A stretch of 64,000 nucleotides of DNA, taken from contig MU058636.1 in the NCBI GenBank assembly GCA_013265495.1, positions 3,273,967 through 3,337,966 of the forward strand, read 5' to 3'. A program made the translations under genes and the position numbers. Shown piece by piece: positions 1 to 15,025 of this stretch. Source of the stretch: Vicugna vicugna. Its lineage: Eukaryota. The stretch's first letter is position 1. The number at the start of each line of letters is the position of its first letter. Under the pieces are notes generated by a model. It was given only the letters and a program-made list of their open reading frames with translations. It made no database searches and was not told where the DNA came from.

Positions 1-659
1 AGCAAGAAGGGTGTGGGAAGAAAGAGGCACGGGGGGAGGCTGCGGGTCCCCTGCTACCGGCTGCGCTCCTGGCGCCCCGGGGACCGGGAATTCTGCCCCG
101 CTAGCCGCGGAGCGCTCCGCACGCAGTAGGTGGGTGCTGGCGAACCACGGCACTTTGCTCTGTCAGCCCCAGTGCTGGTGTACCCCTCTTTGTAAGGCAA
201 CATGTTCTCCTGTGGCCTGCCCAAAGGACTCAAAACATCAAGTTTAATGTAACGTGTTCTCCCCCAGCAACGAAGACCCAGACAGCCAACTTAAATGCAC
301 TCTGAAGAAGACACCTGTGCACAAGTGAGGGCCTGGCGGTACTGAAGGTGTGAAGGAAGCGTCCTCCTCTTCCCTAGTAACTGATTTGGGGAAAATTAAC
401 TTTTAATATTGGTTACATCAGTGTTTGCTGTAAGAATATAAGTAGGATTTATCATCTCTGTAACACTGAATTAATGATATTTAATAACCTCGTGAAAGGA
501 TTTAACAAGGGGTCAAAGTGTTAATAACAGTATAAAAAACTGCCAATGCTACATAACCAACTTAAAAGGCTTCTGAAATTTAAATAAACATTGTTACAAG
601 GATCAGACACTTCTTGTAGTAACAGTTCTTCTTGAATACAGGAGGCAGTCTCGCACAGT

Positions 660-860
660 AGATAACGAGTGTGCGCTCTGGGGTCAGACTGCCTGGGCTC
701 AATGATCTGTCTGCTGCACTGGGCAGGATCCCTAACTGCTCAGTGCCTCAGTTTCCTCGTAAGTAAAGTAAAGGTAAGAAGAGACTCTACCTCACAAGAC
801 TGTTGTGAGGGTTAAATGAGTTAACACAGGCAAAGCCTGGCCCACAGTCAGCATTCATGT
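660..860 (+). mobile_element. MIR SINE
   Basis: MIR core 'gtgcctcagtttcctc...acctcacaagactgttgtgagggttaaatgagttaa'. Confidence 0.75.
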
Positions 861-1469
861 TCACTGCCTCCCCCCACCATCAGTCAATCAACAAAACAGG
901 ATTAGAGGGAGACCGAGAAAAGCCAGACCCCTTCTGTTAAGGGCCGTCTGGGAGAGAGATGACACAGAGGAAACACCCAGGGGAGGGAAGTCCACACAAG
1001 GGAGAGGCCAAGGCAAAGAAGACTTCATAGAATTGGTGTGCTTTCATGTCGACTTTGAAAAACCAAAAAAAAAATTAAATAGAAAGGAATAGAGAAAAAA
1101 TATGGGAAATGAGAGCACCTTAAATTATGACACGGAAGTAGGAAGAAGCATGAGTGAAAAAAGTGTACGTAGAGAAGTACAACAGAACAGTAAGAAACGC
1201 AGTAGACACAACAGATGAGGTAGGGACTTACAGTAACAAAAAAATACTCTGACCCTGATGTGATCGGAAATACGAATCACTGAGTCTCAGAGGTGGTTTA
1301 GGCAAAGAGTGGTTAAAAGCAAAATATCATTCAAGGCAGGGGGCTGGAGAAGGAGTGCATTAGGCTGAGCGGGTGGTTGCTGCCGTAATGTAGATGCACC
1401 GAGGAACAGGCCTGGTGTGAGACCAAGCCCCACCTGTGCCTGGTGTCTGACTTCTTCCTTCTGGCGACC

Positions 1470-1960
1470 TCGGCAGATTGGATTCCCCAAGGTGGCCCAA
1501 GAACCTCTCTCACCGTACACACACTTCTACTCCCCACCCAGACACGGTCTACTTCCCCTCCTCTTGAAAATGCTTCAGTCCAGACAGCAGAGGTGACACT
1601 ACACGACTTCCAAGGCTAGGTTACAAAAAGCAATGTACCTTCCACCAGAAAAGGTGGGCCCCCCTCCCCTGTATTAAAGTGACAACCTGAGACCACCGTG
1701 CCTGAGGAAGCCCAGGCCACAAGGCGTAACCATAAACAACACAGAGGAGCTCCAGAAAGACAGCCCCACCCGAGGCCCCAGGCCTCAGCCACCAGGCACT
1801 TGAGTGAAGACACTCCAGGTGACGCCAGGCTCCCCATGCGGAGTCACCCTCAGCCGCTGAGTCTCCCAGGTGTGATCCCAGGTATCATGGGACAGATAAA
1901 AACCATCCCTGTGGTGCCCTATCCGAATTCCTGACCCACAGAACCTGTGAGCAAAGTGAG
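1470..1960 (+). mobile_element. MaLR LTR (MLT1-type)
   Basis: 'gacttccaaggctaggttacaaaaag...ccgaattcctgacccacagaacctgtgag' motifs. Confidence 0.6.
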
Positions 1961-3269
1961 ACTGGAATAGTATGCCAAACAGGAAGAGGAGCTGATACGC
2001 TGACTTTTCTTGCCATGAAATTCTAATTGCCTCTCAGTCTTAACGAAATCTGCATACTTCTTTATGTGAACTACATAATTTACAATATGCCTTTTTGGGT
2101 GGCTTTTCTTGTTTTATCTATTTCATTCTCATATTTCTTGCCTTTTCCAACTAAAAATCTCTTTTCACAGTTGCTTTTGTTCATAAAATGCCCTTCAATT
2201 TCTTTTACTTTAATATAATCTACTTTTCTTTCCATTTATTTTACCCTGGATTTCCAAATCGTTCAGGTCTCTCTTTCCAACTTTTCTTTACAGTCCTGTC
2301 TCTTCCAGACCCTTTTATCCCACCAAATACTCCAGCCATAATAGCTGTCTACTCATTTTCAAGCAACCATGTCTTTGTTTCTGTCTTTCCCTATGGAAAT
2401 TCAGCAAAAATGCAACTTCCTCCATGAAGTCTCCCCTAAGCACCTCAGTGAGAGTTTCCTATTCCTCATTTTCCACCCCAAACGTACTATGGGGAACTCC
2501 AGTATCTCATGCTCCTCTGCTTCCCTGCAGTTAGGGGAGGTGTATGCCCCCTCGCAACCTCACAGCGGGTTCTCTAAGGACGGGGTCGTACACCTTTACA
2601 TTCTCACAGAACCTACCAAACGTCTTTCAGAGAGCAAAGAGCTAAATTAATGCCTCTGAAATTAACACAGATGAAAGAAAAAGAGTGTTCTAATTATGAT
2701 TATTCGTTTGGGAGCCCTCTAGGAGAAAGCGATTTCTCAACTCCTATGGTCATGAGGTACACAAGTTCAGACAAGTAATAAGCAAAGAGAAGCACCTAAA
2801 AGTCATTACCTATAATGGACAGAACTTTTTCATAAGAGAAAACAAGTTTAGAAGAAAGCCCATTAGTCAGCCAGGTCTATGTTCTTCTAAATTCCTACCT
2901 TTGTACTATGAAGTGTATTTTTCCCCCAACCTAACCTCTCCCCAGCAGTTTATAAAATTCCTGTCATCAATTATTTTTCTAATTATATTTTTTCTCCCTA
3001 TCATAGTGAATTAAAGTTCAAAGTACAAATGCTTAAATGATGTCAGTTCAAGTATTAAAGCTTTTATTTTGCCCCAGTAGTATTAACTTTTTATTCATAA
3101 TCACTGTACATGGTAGTAAAATTTTAAAATTTCATATAAATATACTAGATATTCTATACATATTTTGTTTAGAAAGCAAGGAAGGAGAGAAAAAGAGGGA
3201 AAGAGAAAGGGAAAATTTTATTAAATCAGAAGTGATAATAAACCATTCAAATTTCAAATCTTCATCTGA

Positions 3270-3750
3270 CTAACTCAGTGGCTTAAAACAAAAATTTATT
3301 ATCCTCACTGTTTTGTGCATCAGGAATTTGGGAGCACTTGGCTAGAAAATTCTCATTTGGGGTCTGTGATGGTTAATTTTGTGTCAGCACAGTTGGGTGA
3401 TAGTGTCCAGATATTTGTTCAAACATTATTCTAGATGTTTTCATGAGGGTGTTTTTGGATGAGATGAATATTTAAATCACTGGACTCTGAATACAGTGGA
3501 CTGTACCCCATAAGGTGGGTGGGCCTCAACCAATCAGTTGAAGGCCTGAACAGAACAAAAGTGGTCCCCAGAGCAAGAGGGAATTCCACCAGCAGATGGC
3601 CTTCAGATAAAAAGGCTTATGATCTAGCCCTGGAAGTCATGTGGCAACACTTCTGCCATGTTCTGCCATATTCTATTCCTCAGGAGCAAATCACTAAGTC
3701 CAATCCATTTTCAAGAGGAGGGGAATTAAGCTCCACTTTTTGGAGGGAAA
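3270..3750. mobile_element. MaLR (MLT1) fragment interrupted by an MLT2 LTR fragment (about 3365-3607)
   Basis: 'tgtgatggttaattttgtgtca...gggcctcaaccaatcagttgaaggcctgaa' is MLT2-like; the flanks are MLT1-like. Confidence 0.65.
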
Positions 3751-3774
3751 AAAATCTCAAAGAATTAAAGGAAA

Positions 3775-6700
3775 AGATACACAAAATCAATGCACAGACA
3801 AGGAATCCCAGCAAAGCAATGTTAACTATTAAAACAAACAGAAATGCTAGATTTGCAAAATACATCTGAAATGAAAAATTCACTGGACAGGATTAAAATC
3901 AGATTGGCAGCAGCAGAAGAAACTGTCAGTGAACATGAAGATAAGTGAACAGAAATTACGAACCTGAAGAACAGAAAAAAAAAGACTGAAAAAATTTTAA
4001 CAGAGTCCTAGTGACCTGTGCAATAATACTAAAAAGTCCAACACACATCATGCAGGATAAGTAAGGAAAAGCTCACAGAGGTACATTGTAGTCAAACTGC
4101 TGAAAAATAAAGATAAATAAAATATCTTAAAAACAACTGTAGAGAACAATCATTCAAGAAAAATGTTTTCTATATATAAACATGTATGACCACATGACCC
4201 AGTTATTTCACTTATAGGTATTTATCCAAGAGAAACGAAAACATATGTTCACTTAAAGAACTGAACATGAATGTTGATGGTGGCTTTATTTACAATGGTC
4301 CCAAACTAGAAACAATCTAAACGTCCCTAAATAAGAGAATGGATAAGTAATCTGTGGCATGACCATACAGTGGAATATTACTCAACTCACTGATAAAAAA
4401 GGTAACACTGATGATTCTCAAAATAATTATGCTAAGTGAAAAAAGCCAGTCACAAAATAATACATACTGTATGATCCTATTTATATGAAATTCAAAACAA
4501 TCTACAGTGACAAAAATCAGATCAGTGGTTGCCTGAGGCGGGAGGTACTGAGGGGAGAGAAGAATGGACTGCAAAGGGGCACATGAAGTCCTTTCAGATG
4601 AAGGATGTTTCCTGCATCCTGACGGCGGTGTGGTTGCATGGGTATATACAATGTTGAATCCATCAAATTTTAAATGGATAAAGTTTATTATATATAAATT
4701 ATTTCTCAATAAAGTTGAATTTAAAAAACAATAGCCAGAGGGAAAAGGATATATTACATACAAGATACATTACACACAGTGACATAAATGACAGCTGACC
4801 TCACATGAAAAACACAACAGACACCAAAAGATTATAGAATGATATCTTTATAAGCACTGAAAGAAAAACAAAACAAAACAAAAAACAAAAACCCTCTTCC
4901 AACTCAGAATTATTTGTCAAAAATATCCTTCAGAAATAAGAGTGAAATAAAGACATTTCAGAAAACAAAAACTGAATTTGATGTTTGCAGACCTTAACTA
5001 GAAGAAATACTAAATGAAGTTCTTCAGATAAATGAGAGATGAACCCACATGGAATCTTAAAAAAGGAAAGCAGAGCAGTGGATGGTAAACATGCAGGTAA
5101 AACAGAAGACTACATTTTTATGCTCCTCTTAATTTAAATTTACACTGACAATTTAAACCCCATTACACGTTGAGATTTATAACATATGCAGATGTAAAGT
5201 ACATGACAAAACAGCACAAAGGCTGGGGGAGGCAAACAGTTCTTACATTTCACATGAAGTGGTACAACATCAGCTTTAAGGTGACTGTGATAAGTTACAG
5301 ATGCATGTTGTAATCCCCAGAGTAACTGCCAAAAAATACAGTTAGTATACCTAAAAGCCAATAAGGGAATTAAAATGGATACTAAAAAATATTCAATTAT
5401 CAAAAGAATTTAGGAAAGCAGGTACAGACTAACAAACAAACAAAAGGGACAAATAGCAAGGTGGCAGACTTCAACACGTATCAGTAATTACATTATAAGT
5501 GAATGGCCAAATATCCCAATTAAAAAGCAGAGGTAAACTGTATAAATAGTAAGACCTAATTATATACAGTCTACAAGAACTGCACTGAAACTGTAAAGAC
5601 ATGCAGGGTGAAAATTAAAGGGAGGAAGCAGACATATCATGCAAACAGTAGCAGCAAAAGAAAGATAGTGAGGCTTTATTAGTATCAAACATCAAGTTGA
5701 AGGATATAATCAGAGATAAGGAGAGGCACTTCATCAAGATAGGAGGACCAAGAAGATGTAACAATGATAACCGGTCATGTACCTAATGATAGAACTTCAA
5801 AACTCATGAAGCAAAAATTAACAGAATTAAAGCAAAAAAAAGACAAATTTACAATCACATTTGAAGAGTTTAACCACCCACTCAGAAACTGACAGAAAAA
5901 CCAGAGCAAAAAATCAGTGAGAATTTAGAAGACTTAAACAATACTAATCACACCAACTGATCTGACATTTATGGAATATTATAATCAACAAGCAGTGAAT
6001 AATATTCTATCTAGCTGCAGCTGAAACAGTCATCAAGATGAACTATATGCTGAATCATAAAATCTCAATAAAATTCAAAACTTGACATCTTACAGAGTAG
6101 TTCCTAACTGTAGTGGAATTGAATTAGAAATCAATAACAAAACACCTAGAAAATCCTCAAATATTTGCATACAAAGCCACATACTTCTAACTCAACAAAG
6201 AAAGAAAGAAAAAGCTAAAAAATATTTCTAATTGAATAGTGAAGAAAACATAACAAAATTTGTGGGATGAAGCCAAAGCAGGGCTTAAAGAGAAATGTAC
6301 AGCTTTAAATGTTTGTATTTTAAAAAGAGAAAAGGTTTAAAATCAACAATCTAAGTTCCTAACTTCATAAAAAGAAGAGAAGATTAAACTCAAAGTATAA
6401 GAGAGAAATACAAAGAGAAAAAAAATCAATGAAACAGGAAACAGAGAGAACATTAACAAAGGAAGAAGTTGGTTCTCTGAAAAGATTAACAACATTGATA
6501 AATGTCTAGCAACGATGATCAAGAACAATAGAGAAAAAACACAAGTTACCAATTTTAGGAATGAAAACTGAGCCATTATTATAGATCATACAGACAAAAA
6601 TGGAAAATAAAGTGTGTGGATTTGTACTATGTCAACTTCAGCGAAGGCAGAATTTCATTTCCTGGAATTCTCTTCGTTCTGGGTTAGTGTGGATCACAAT

Positions 6701-8520
6701 GGTCATTGCGGGTGAGATTTGAAAGGCAGAAATGAGATCAACTCAGAAAGTTAGTTCAGGGCTTTAGGCACGTCTGTCATGCACACGGTCTGTCACTTGT
6801 CTGCCAGCTCGCCTGGTTAGTGAGGGGCAGCACCCGGGCCTCCAACTCTTTCTGGTTCCTGTTAGGTTTCCTCCTTCAGCTTTTCTGACTCCTAAGCCAA
6901 CTATATATTTAGTACTGTTACAAACAATGCCAGCTTCTTCTAAAGGGCCCCCCAGTCATCAAACTTCTAAGTCTCAGAGGCAGCGAAAGCCCAACGTGAG
7001 TTCCAGCCTACCCTCATGAGTCCCTGCTCATCCCCACAGGTTCCAGTTTGTCCTCATTTCCACTACTTCATCTTCTCTTCCTAAATCCCCTCCTGGCTTC
7101 AGGCTCCGGAACCAGGCATGAAATCAGCAGCCTCACATAAACCATTTAGTTGGATTCCACATTTACATTAGGTCGAATCACAATAAACCTGACGACTTAG
7201 AGGAAGTGGACAAGTGATGCAGAAAAAAACAAGCTACCAAAGCTTACTCAGGGAAAAATGGATAACCCGACAGGATAGCCCTATGTCTATTTTTTTACAT
7301 CAATGGAACAGAATAGAGAAATCATAAACAGACCCGAATATATACAGCAAAATAATTTTCAGTGAAGCTCCCAAGTAATTCAATGGAAAACTGAAACTCC
7401 TTTTAATGTGTGATGCTAGAACAACTCAATATACATATGAAAAAAACACTCAACCCCCAACGGACACATACACACAAAGTTAATTCATGATGGATCACAG
7501 ATCTAACTATAGCTTCTAAAAGAAAATACAGGAGAAAACCTTTGACCTCTGTGGTAAGCAAAGATTTCTTAAGATAAAAAAACCACTGTCCATAAAAGAA
7601 AAACTTGACAAGAGGACTTGATCAAAATCAAAACTTCTGCTTATCAAAAGACACCATAAACAAAATTGAAAGGTAAACCACAAACAAAGAAAATATTCAC
7701 AACTCATGTATCTGATAAAGACTACAGAGCATTAATTAACAACAAATAAACCAATTAAAGCTGAGCAAAAGATTTGTTGACACAGCACAAAAGATAGACC
7801 AATGACCAACAGGCACATGAAAAGGTGCTCCACGTAATTAGACAACAGAAAATGCAAACTAAAACCATAATGAGACAGCACTTCACACTTACTGGGAATG
7901 ACTTAAAATTAAGATACTGACAGTACCAAATGTTGGCAAGGATGTGGAAGTACTGGACTTCTCATTCACTGATGGTGAGAATAGAAAACAGTACAATCAC
8001 TTAGGAAGACAGTGTGAGCATTATTAAAGCTAAACACATACCCACCCTATGATCCACCTATTCTCTTATCCATGTCACCCAAAAGAACTGAAAACATTCA
8101 TCCATAAAAAGATCTGGACAAAAGTTTAACTTTATTCATAATAGCCAGAAACTAGAAATAACTCAAATGTCCATCAAAAAGAGAATAAACAAATCATCAT
8201 GTAATCATATCAGAAATAAACTACTGATACATGTACCCACATGGATGAATCTCAAAATCACTATGTAGTGTACGTATATCATGATTTTGTTTATATAAAG
8301 TTTAATAATAGGTAAATCTAATCTATGATGATAAAAATCAGGAAGGTGAATGCCTACTGGGGGTTTGAATTAACTAGGGGGCACAGAGAAACTTTCTGGG
8401 GCAATAGAAATGTCACATCTTGATTAAACAGGAGTATTCATTTGTCAAAACTCATCAGATTATACACTTAAGATTTGTACATTTGTACATAGGTAAATTT
8501 TATCTCAATATAAAAAGAAA
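3775..8520 (+). mobile_element. Old fragmented L1M element(s): ORF1/ORF2/3' UTR remnants with nested insertions
   Basis: A-rich plus strand with L1 ORF1- and ORF2-like remnants. A separate L1 3' end lies at about 4150-4725 and an LTR at about 6613-7185. Confidence 0.8.
6613..7185. mobile_element. ERVL-type solo LTR (LTR16/LTR33-like) interrupting L1
   Basis: Abrupt composition change starting TGTG; L1 ORF2-like sequence resumes afterwards; family from memory. Confidence 0.5.
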
Positions 8521-8819
8521 AAACTCACTTATGAAAATTTTAACTTCAACAGAATGAGATTTTTTCAAAGCAGCATACTTTGAAGAAGATCAACAGAATT
8601 TGATTTTTAACCACTTAATTTTTAACGAAGACTCAAGTTTGAAAGTAAAAACTCAGATGCCCTACCAGCTTACTAACACGACTACTGCTCCAGTGCAAGA
8701 ACCTCCCTGCAGTGGAAGGGACTTCAGCACGGCGCTGTGGCCTCCGTTTCCATAAACAACAAATCGGTTCTGTGTGCTATAAACTCATTTAAGCAGAATG
8801 GCAATGGAATAAAGACTTA

Positions 8820-9047
<228 letters not shown>

Positions 9048-10494
9048 TCACAGCCCTTCATCTTTCATTCAACTAACACGTCTAGACATCAGCCGCGGGC
9101 TGGGCGGCAGGCTCAGCGACGCGCGCGCGGCCCTCCCCACCCCCGCGTGGTGTCGGAACCACACACGCCGAGAGGCAACTGTAGCACAAGGAGGTGGGAG
9201 GATTCACGTAACCTACTGCAGAATTCTAGTCCAGTAAGAAAAAGCAATTTTTTTTCTGTAGGAAAATGAATATATATTTCCTTTGAAAAGAGGAGGCAAG
9301 GGAGATTATACTGTTTCACTCTGTTATGTTTTTAAATCACGAAGGTCCTCAAAAAGTTTTTTTTATTTTAGTTGTTACTCTAATTTATTTGATTTTCTCT
9401 AGAAGAAAGAATAGAACAGGGTTCACATTTACTTAATACACTAGAATGCAATCATAATTTTGAGAGACAGGTTATACTGCAATAATTTTGTCTCTTCAGA
9501 CTTCTAAGTGACTCATAAAAAATAAACAAGAAATTTAAGAATGAACCTAAAAATCAGTCACTGTTGAAAATACCATTTCTTCTTATATCAAGACAAATAT
9601 ATGTACACAGAGCCTAGTTTTTCAGAATTACAAATTTTAGAAAAAACTTCAGGCTTATAGAATGGAAACTGGAAAATATATGGTAAAAAAAAAATTAAAA
9701 ACTCATGAACTTTATTAATAAAGAGTTTCTAGCCTGGTATAAAAAAGTAGTAGACTTAAAGCAACCCAATTCAATAAGGTATTTTCTGAATAAAGTATTA
9801 CTAAACTCCTATTTCAGTTATTATCATAAAGAATCAGGCTGTCCAGCTAATAATCAACAGTCACAAATAGCCGGCAATGAAATTCAGCTGATTTGTATTC
9901 AGCGGTATTTTTAATGTTTAATGTGTTTTTCTCTATATCCCTCCCCCAAAACGTAACATAGTCACTCCTTTCTCTCATAATTTAACAGAAATTAAAATGG
10001 TAAACTCACTGAGGGCAGGGACTCCTAGTACTACACTATTTTATGTATCTAAGAGTGCCTGGCACTGTACAAACACACACTGAAGTGTTCAGTAAGTATC
10101 CATGGTTGGTGGGTAACTATATCTGTTTTAAAACAACACACTCTGGGTATATCATTTTAACATATTTTATGGTTTCTCATAGTTTGCTTAAGCAGCCTCC
10201 TGCTCACCACACAACCACCAGAGTAATAGATCTGTAAAAAGTAGCTCTGGGCCCGTCACTCTCTCCCTCCAATGGCCCCCCAAAGTCTTCTCTCCTTTAT
10301 CTGAAAGGAGACTACTTTGGAAGACTACTACCAATGCTTCAAAGCCCAACTCAGCTGTTCCCTTCTGTGACTCCTTCAGTCCAGGTGGTACCTCCCCCAC
10401 TGTGTTTTCACTATACCTAGAGTTTATTTAGTTCTACCACAAAATGTTCAATGTATCAAAATTGTCTGTGAAACTGCTGTTTCCCAGCTAGATG

Positions 10495-11002
10495 ACTGGT
10501 GCTCAAACTTTTTGGTCCCAGGATCCTTTTTATACTCTTAAAGATGATTGGGTTTCCGAGAGCTTTTGTGTGCATAGAGTATATCAATATTTATTATTAA
10601 AAATTAAAACTGAGAATTTTTAAAAATATTAATTCATTTAAAGCAATAATAATAAATCTATTATTTATTAACATAATTAATACATTTTATGAAAAATAAC
10701 TATGATTTTCAAAACAAAAAAATTAGTACAAAGACTGGAAATTTTTTGCATTTTTGCAAATCTCTGCAGCATCGGGCTCAACAGGCAAGAGCTGGGTTCT
10801 CACAGCTGCTCCTGCTTTGCACCTATTGCAACAGCCCGCACTTCTCACGGCCTCTGAAAACCTCCACTGTGCACTTGTGGAGAGTGAGAGGAAAAGGTAA
10901 ACAATGTCTTGATACTATTATGAAAACAGTTTGGTCCTCGCATGCCTTTTAAAAGAGTCTTAAAGACCCCTGGGACCCTGGGCCGCATCTCTAGGAACTA
11001 TG
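10495..11002. mobile_element. Non-autonomous hAT-Charlie element (Charlie4a-like)
   Basis: About 500 bp starting '..ctcaaactttttggtcccaggatcc' and ending '..aggaactatg'; family recalled. Confidence 0.55.
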
Positions 11003-11241
11003 CTCTACCTAGTAAGCTCCTTGAAGGCCACAGCATTCCTTTCCTCTGTAACCTCAGAACCTGAAATGCACAAGTGTGCAAAAAGTACTCTCTGAATTCA
11101 TGAACAAATGGGTGGACAAACAAATGATTATAAATAAATTCAGGCTGTCTTCTAGTCCATTCATTGAGAATTTCCAAAGTATGAATTTATACAAAATTCA
11201 AAACGGAACTGTAACAGTTTTGAGACAGTGATTAAATATCA

Positions 11242-11397
<156 letters not shown>

Positions 11398-12038
11398 TCA
11401 TTTAATTACCTCATAAAATAATCTGAATTTTTTAAAACGCCATTTTCTCCTTATAACAATGGTTAAAAAAAAAGAAGAGCAGAAATTTCTCACTGCTTTA
11501 AGTAATGCCACCATTTGGTTATGGACAGAGGTTAAATCAATCAATCATGTCAGAAAAAGAACATTTCTAAAAATAAAGGTAAGTTATATGGTTGGTGAAC
11601 TCAGGGGACCAATAATGTGGGGATTCATGGTACTACTCTTTCTACTTTTGTGTTTGAAAATTTCCATAATACAAAAGTGTCTAAGGATAAATTATCGGTC
11701 TATCCTCAAATACGCATTCTTAAGTAACCATTGCAAACCCCTTACAAGAAAGGAACAAACTTTAATGATAGATCAATTTCTAATTGATTTTCAAAATACA
11801 CATTAAAATACACTTCTACTCAACCAGCTCATCAGAGATCCAGAATCATCAGGCAAACCACACACTTTTTCCAAGTCTCTTCTACACTCTCTAGATGGGA
11901 TGCCAAAGAGCTTTTACCTCAGAGAGGAAGGGACACGGAAGAGACACCAACTACACAAAACCCACCACCCCAAATCTCATTAGTGTGTCAAGAGCTGTTA
12001 AACTACAACTACACTTGCCTTTTTAGAAAAGATCCCTA

Positions 12039-12335
<297 letters not shown>

Positions 12336-14233
12336 TCATCAACTATTAACGTACATGAAACTTTTCCCATCAAAAGACAAGCTCATCTGTCATAGTAAAA
12401 TCACAGTGCGTTTAGCACGATTACCATTTTATAGATAGAGAAAATGAAAATGAAGAGTGCATTCACGAGATGTCTCAAATCAGAGGCACTGAGAGATGGG
12501 CTAGCAAAGGGCCTAGACGACAAGGACTCTCCTGGCACACTCTGAAAGAACCTGCCGATTGTCCTGCACCTGGCAGAAGACAAACGTGCATGGTCTTGAG
12601 TCCCACCTTAAGGGTGACTGCTCTGTTTAAGCAGTAAGGATCAAATGACATCTTCTACCACGGGTAACAGAGTTATACATATCTTGCCTCCCTGAGAGGC
12701 AAAACCTATCTTCCAAAACACACTTACAAGATACACTTTTAATCAGAACTAAAGATCCATTTATCAGTTACTAAGGTAGCTGAAATCTAGTGGCAATTCA
12801 AACAATCAAATTATCTAGCATTTTAAGCAGTTTAATGTGCTAGACAGTTAATAGTTTACATAAAATAGTGTTAGTAATGAAAGTCACTAAATATAATATA
12901 GACCAAAAGCTAAATTTTAGTTCCCTCTCACCTTTGAAAACAAATAAATAGAAAAGTATTCTATAAAAATAAATTAATGGTAAGTAAAAATTATCCAAGA
13001 ACACCAATCCACTGGTCTTGGAGACTAGTGAATTTTTAAATACTTATTTTCTTCTAACACTTTTAATCAGAGTTCAGATATATAGTTAAACCTACATTTC
13101 TTTTGTATAATAGTTCGTGATCTTAAGAATTCTGTGCCATTTGTTAATTTAATGGAATAAGCTTTGGGGGATTTAAACTTTGAAAACTATGTGCACATCA
13201 AAGTTTTATAACCTCTAAATTCAGAAACTGTCTAAACCCTTTTCTAGCTATGTAATTTTGATACCCAGGACAACCAGGGATTACTAGAGTTTGAACACTA
13301 GTTTCATTTAAAAATTTTTCTGATTTGCAAGAAGCCTTTAACTATGCATGAGACTGATACTTTGAAAACTGTAAAAACAACTAATGGTATAGGACACAGT
13401 TACAGAGAAGTTCCAATTTCTCTTTCTAATGTGGCCTCTCAATGACCTCTCAGTTCTTGTAATGTCATCAATGTGGCCACGTCCAGTAGGAGACAATTTC
13501 CAGCATTAGCATCTGTGCACAGATACAGCTCACAGATGCAGCGCAGCATTTATAAATTTCACCTCCTCACAACATGACCCTTCAGCCATCTCCTCTATTT
13601 ACTGTGTCCTCTACTGGCTTTACTTATTTTAAAAATCAAATCCTTCACTTGACCCTACACATCCTCTATCTACTCTCCACCTTTCTTTCCCCTTCCTTTC
13701 CCAGCCAATCTTCCTAAAGAAGAGGTTTATGCTTACTATTTTTCCTTCACCAGCTTCAATCCAACTTCTGCCTCCACTACTTCACTAAAAACACCCAATT
13801 TACTAATCCATTGGTCACTTTTCAACTCACAGTTTCTTTCCTTCTCTCTGACCTTAGATGCTGCCAAAACCTAGGGGTCATTCCCTTCTTCCCCAAACCC
13901 TTCCCCCCAGGTTGGTTCTGCGACCTGCTCTTTCCTGACACTGCTACTCATGACCATCTTTAGTGCCCTTCAGGTCTCCCCGCCCCCCTGCCCTTTAAAT
14001 TCCCAAAGTAATTCTAAGTCTTTTGCAATTTAAAAAACCGTTTATAAAACTCCTTGAACAATTTCATTCACATCCATATTATCAACCACCACTAATCTCA
14101 CGATTTTAATTTAACTTAAACTCTATCCTAAGCTCCAGACCTCTATTTCCAATTACCTGCCGAGTTTTTACCTAAATATATTTTGATTCTATTTAAACCT
14201 GCTCTTCTCCTCAATTTCCAATATCAGGTACCC

Positions 14234-15025
14234 TGTATAATGAAGAATTGGCTGGTTCTTTTCCTCAGTTCCTGGGAGGCAGGTTCTAAATGCTTGGAAT
14301 TTCCCAAGCAATAGGAGTGTCTTTGTTTTTCACTTTGAGCCCTGAAATTTTATGCTAATGAAGTGACTGACTCATAGTGGGCCCCTGTATAGATTATGTT
14401 AATGAGATGACTCAGGATGGGGGCCGGCCCTGTCAGAAAAGCCAACCTTGTGATTAGAGGATTGGGGCTTTGAGTCATGTGATATCAAAAGGACCTCTGG
14501 GGAGAGAAGGGGAACCGAAGATTGAGACACATGGGTTGTGATATAATCAATCATTGCATATGAAACCCCCATAAAAACTCGATAAAAAGTCTGGACATTG
14601 AAGCTTGAGTGAGTGTCCCTGCTGGCAGCACTGTGTGCACTGTCACGCACCCATGCGCTGGGGGCGGGAAGCATTTTGGGTCCAAGGGAAGAGGACACCA
14701 GAAGCTGCGCTGTCAGCACCCTCCCAGGTCTTGCCCTGCACACTTTTCCCTTTGGCTAGTTCTGATTCACCTCTTTTTGCTATGAGAAAACTGTAATCAG
14801 AAGTATAATGCTTTCCTGAGTTCTGACTCATTCTAGAGAATTACTGAACCTGAGGGCACAGTGAGAACCACAAATTCACAGCCAGCTGTCAGAGGTGAGG
14901 GTGACTCAGGGCCCCCAAATTTGTAGCCAGCATCTGAAGTGAGGGCAGCCTTGTGGAAAACTGCCCGCAATCTATAAAGTTTGGCCCAATTTTGGGCAGC
15001 TGGCATTAGACTAATTGCATACTCC
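14234..15025 (+). mobile_element. MER21-like ERVL solo LTR inserted in an L2 remnant
   Basis: Starts TGT; contains 'ttatgctaatgaagtgact', 'gaaacccccataaaaact' and 'gcatctgaagtgagggcagccttgtgg'; pyrimidine-rich L2-like flanks at about 13400-14230 and 15030-15310. Confidence 0.65.
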
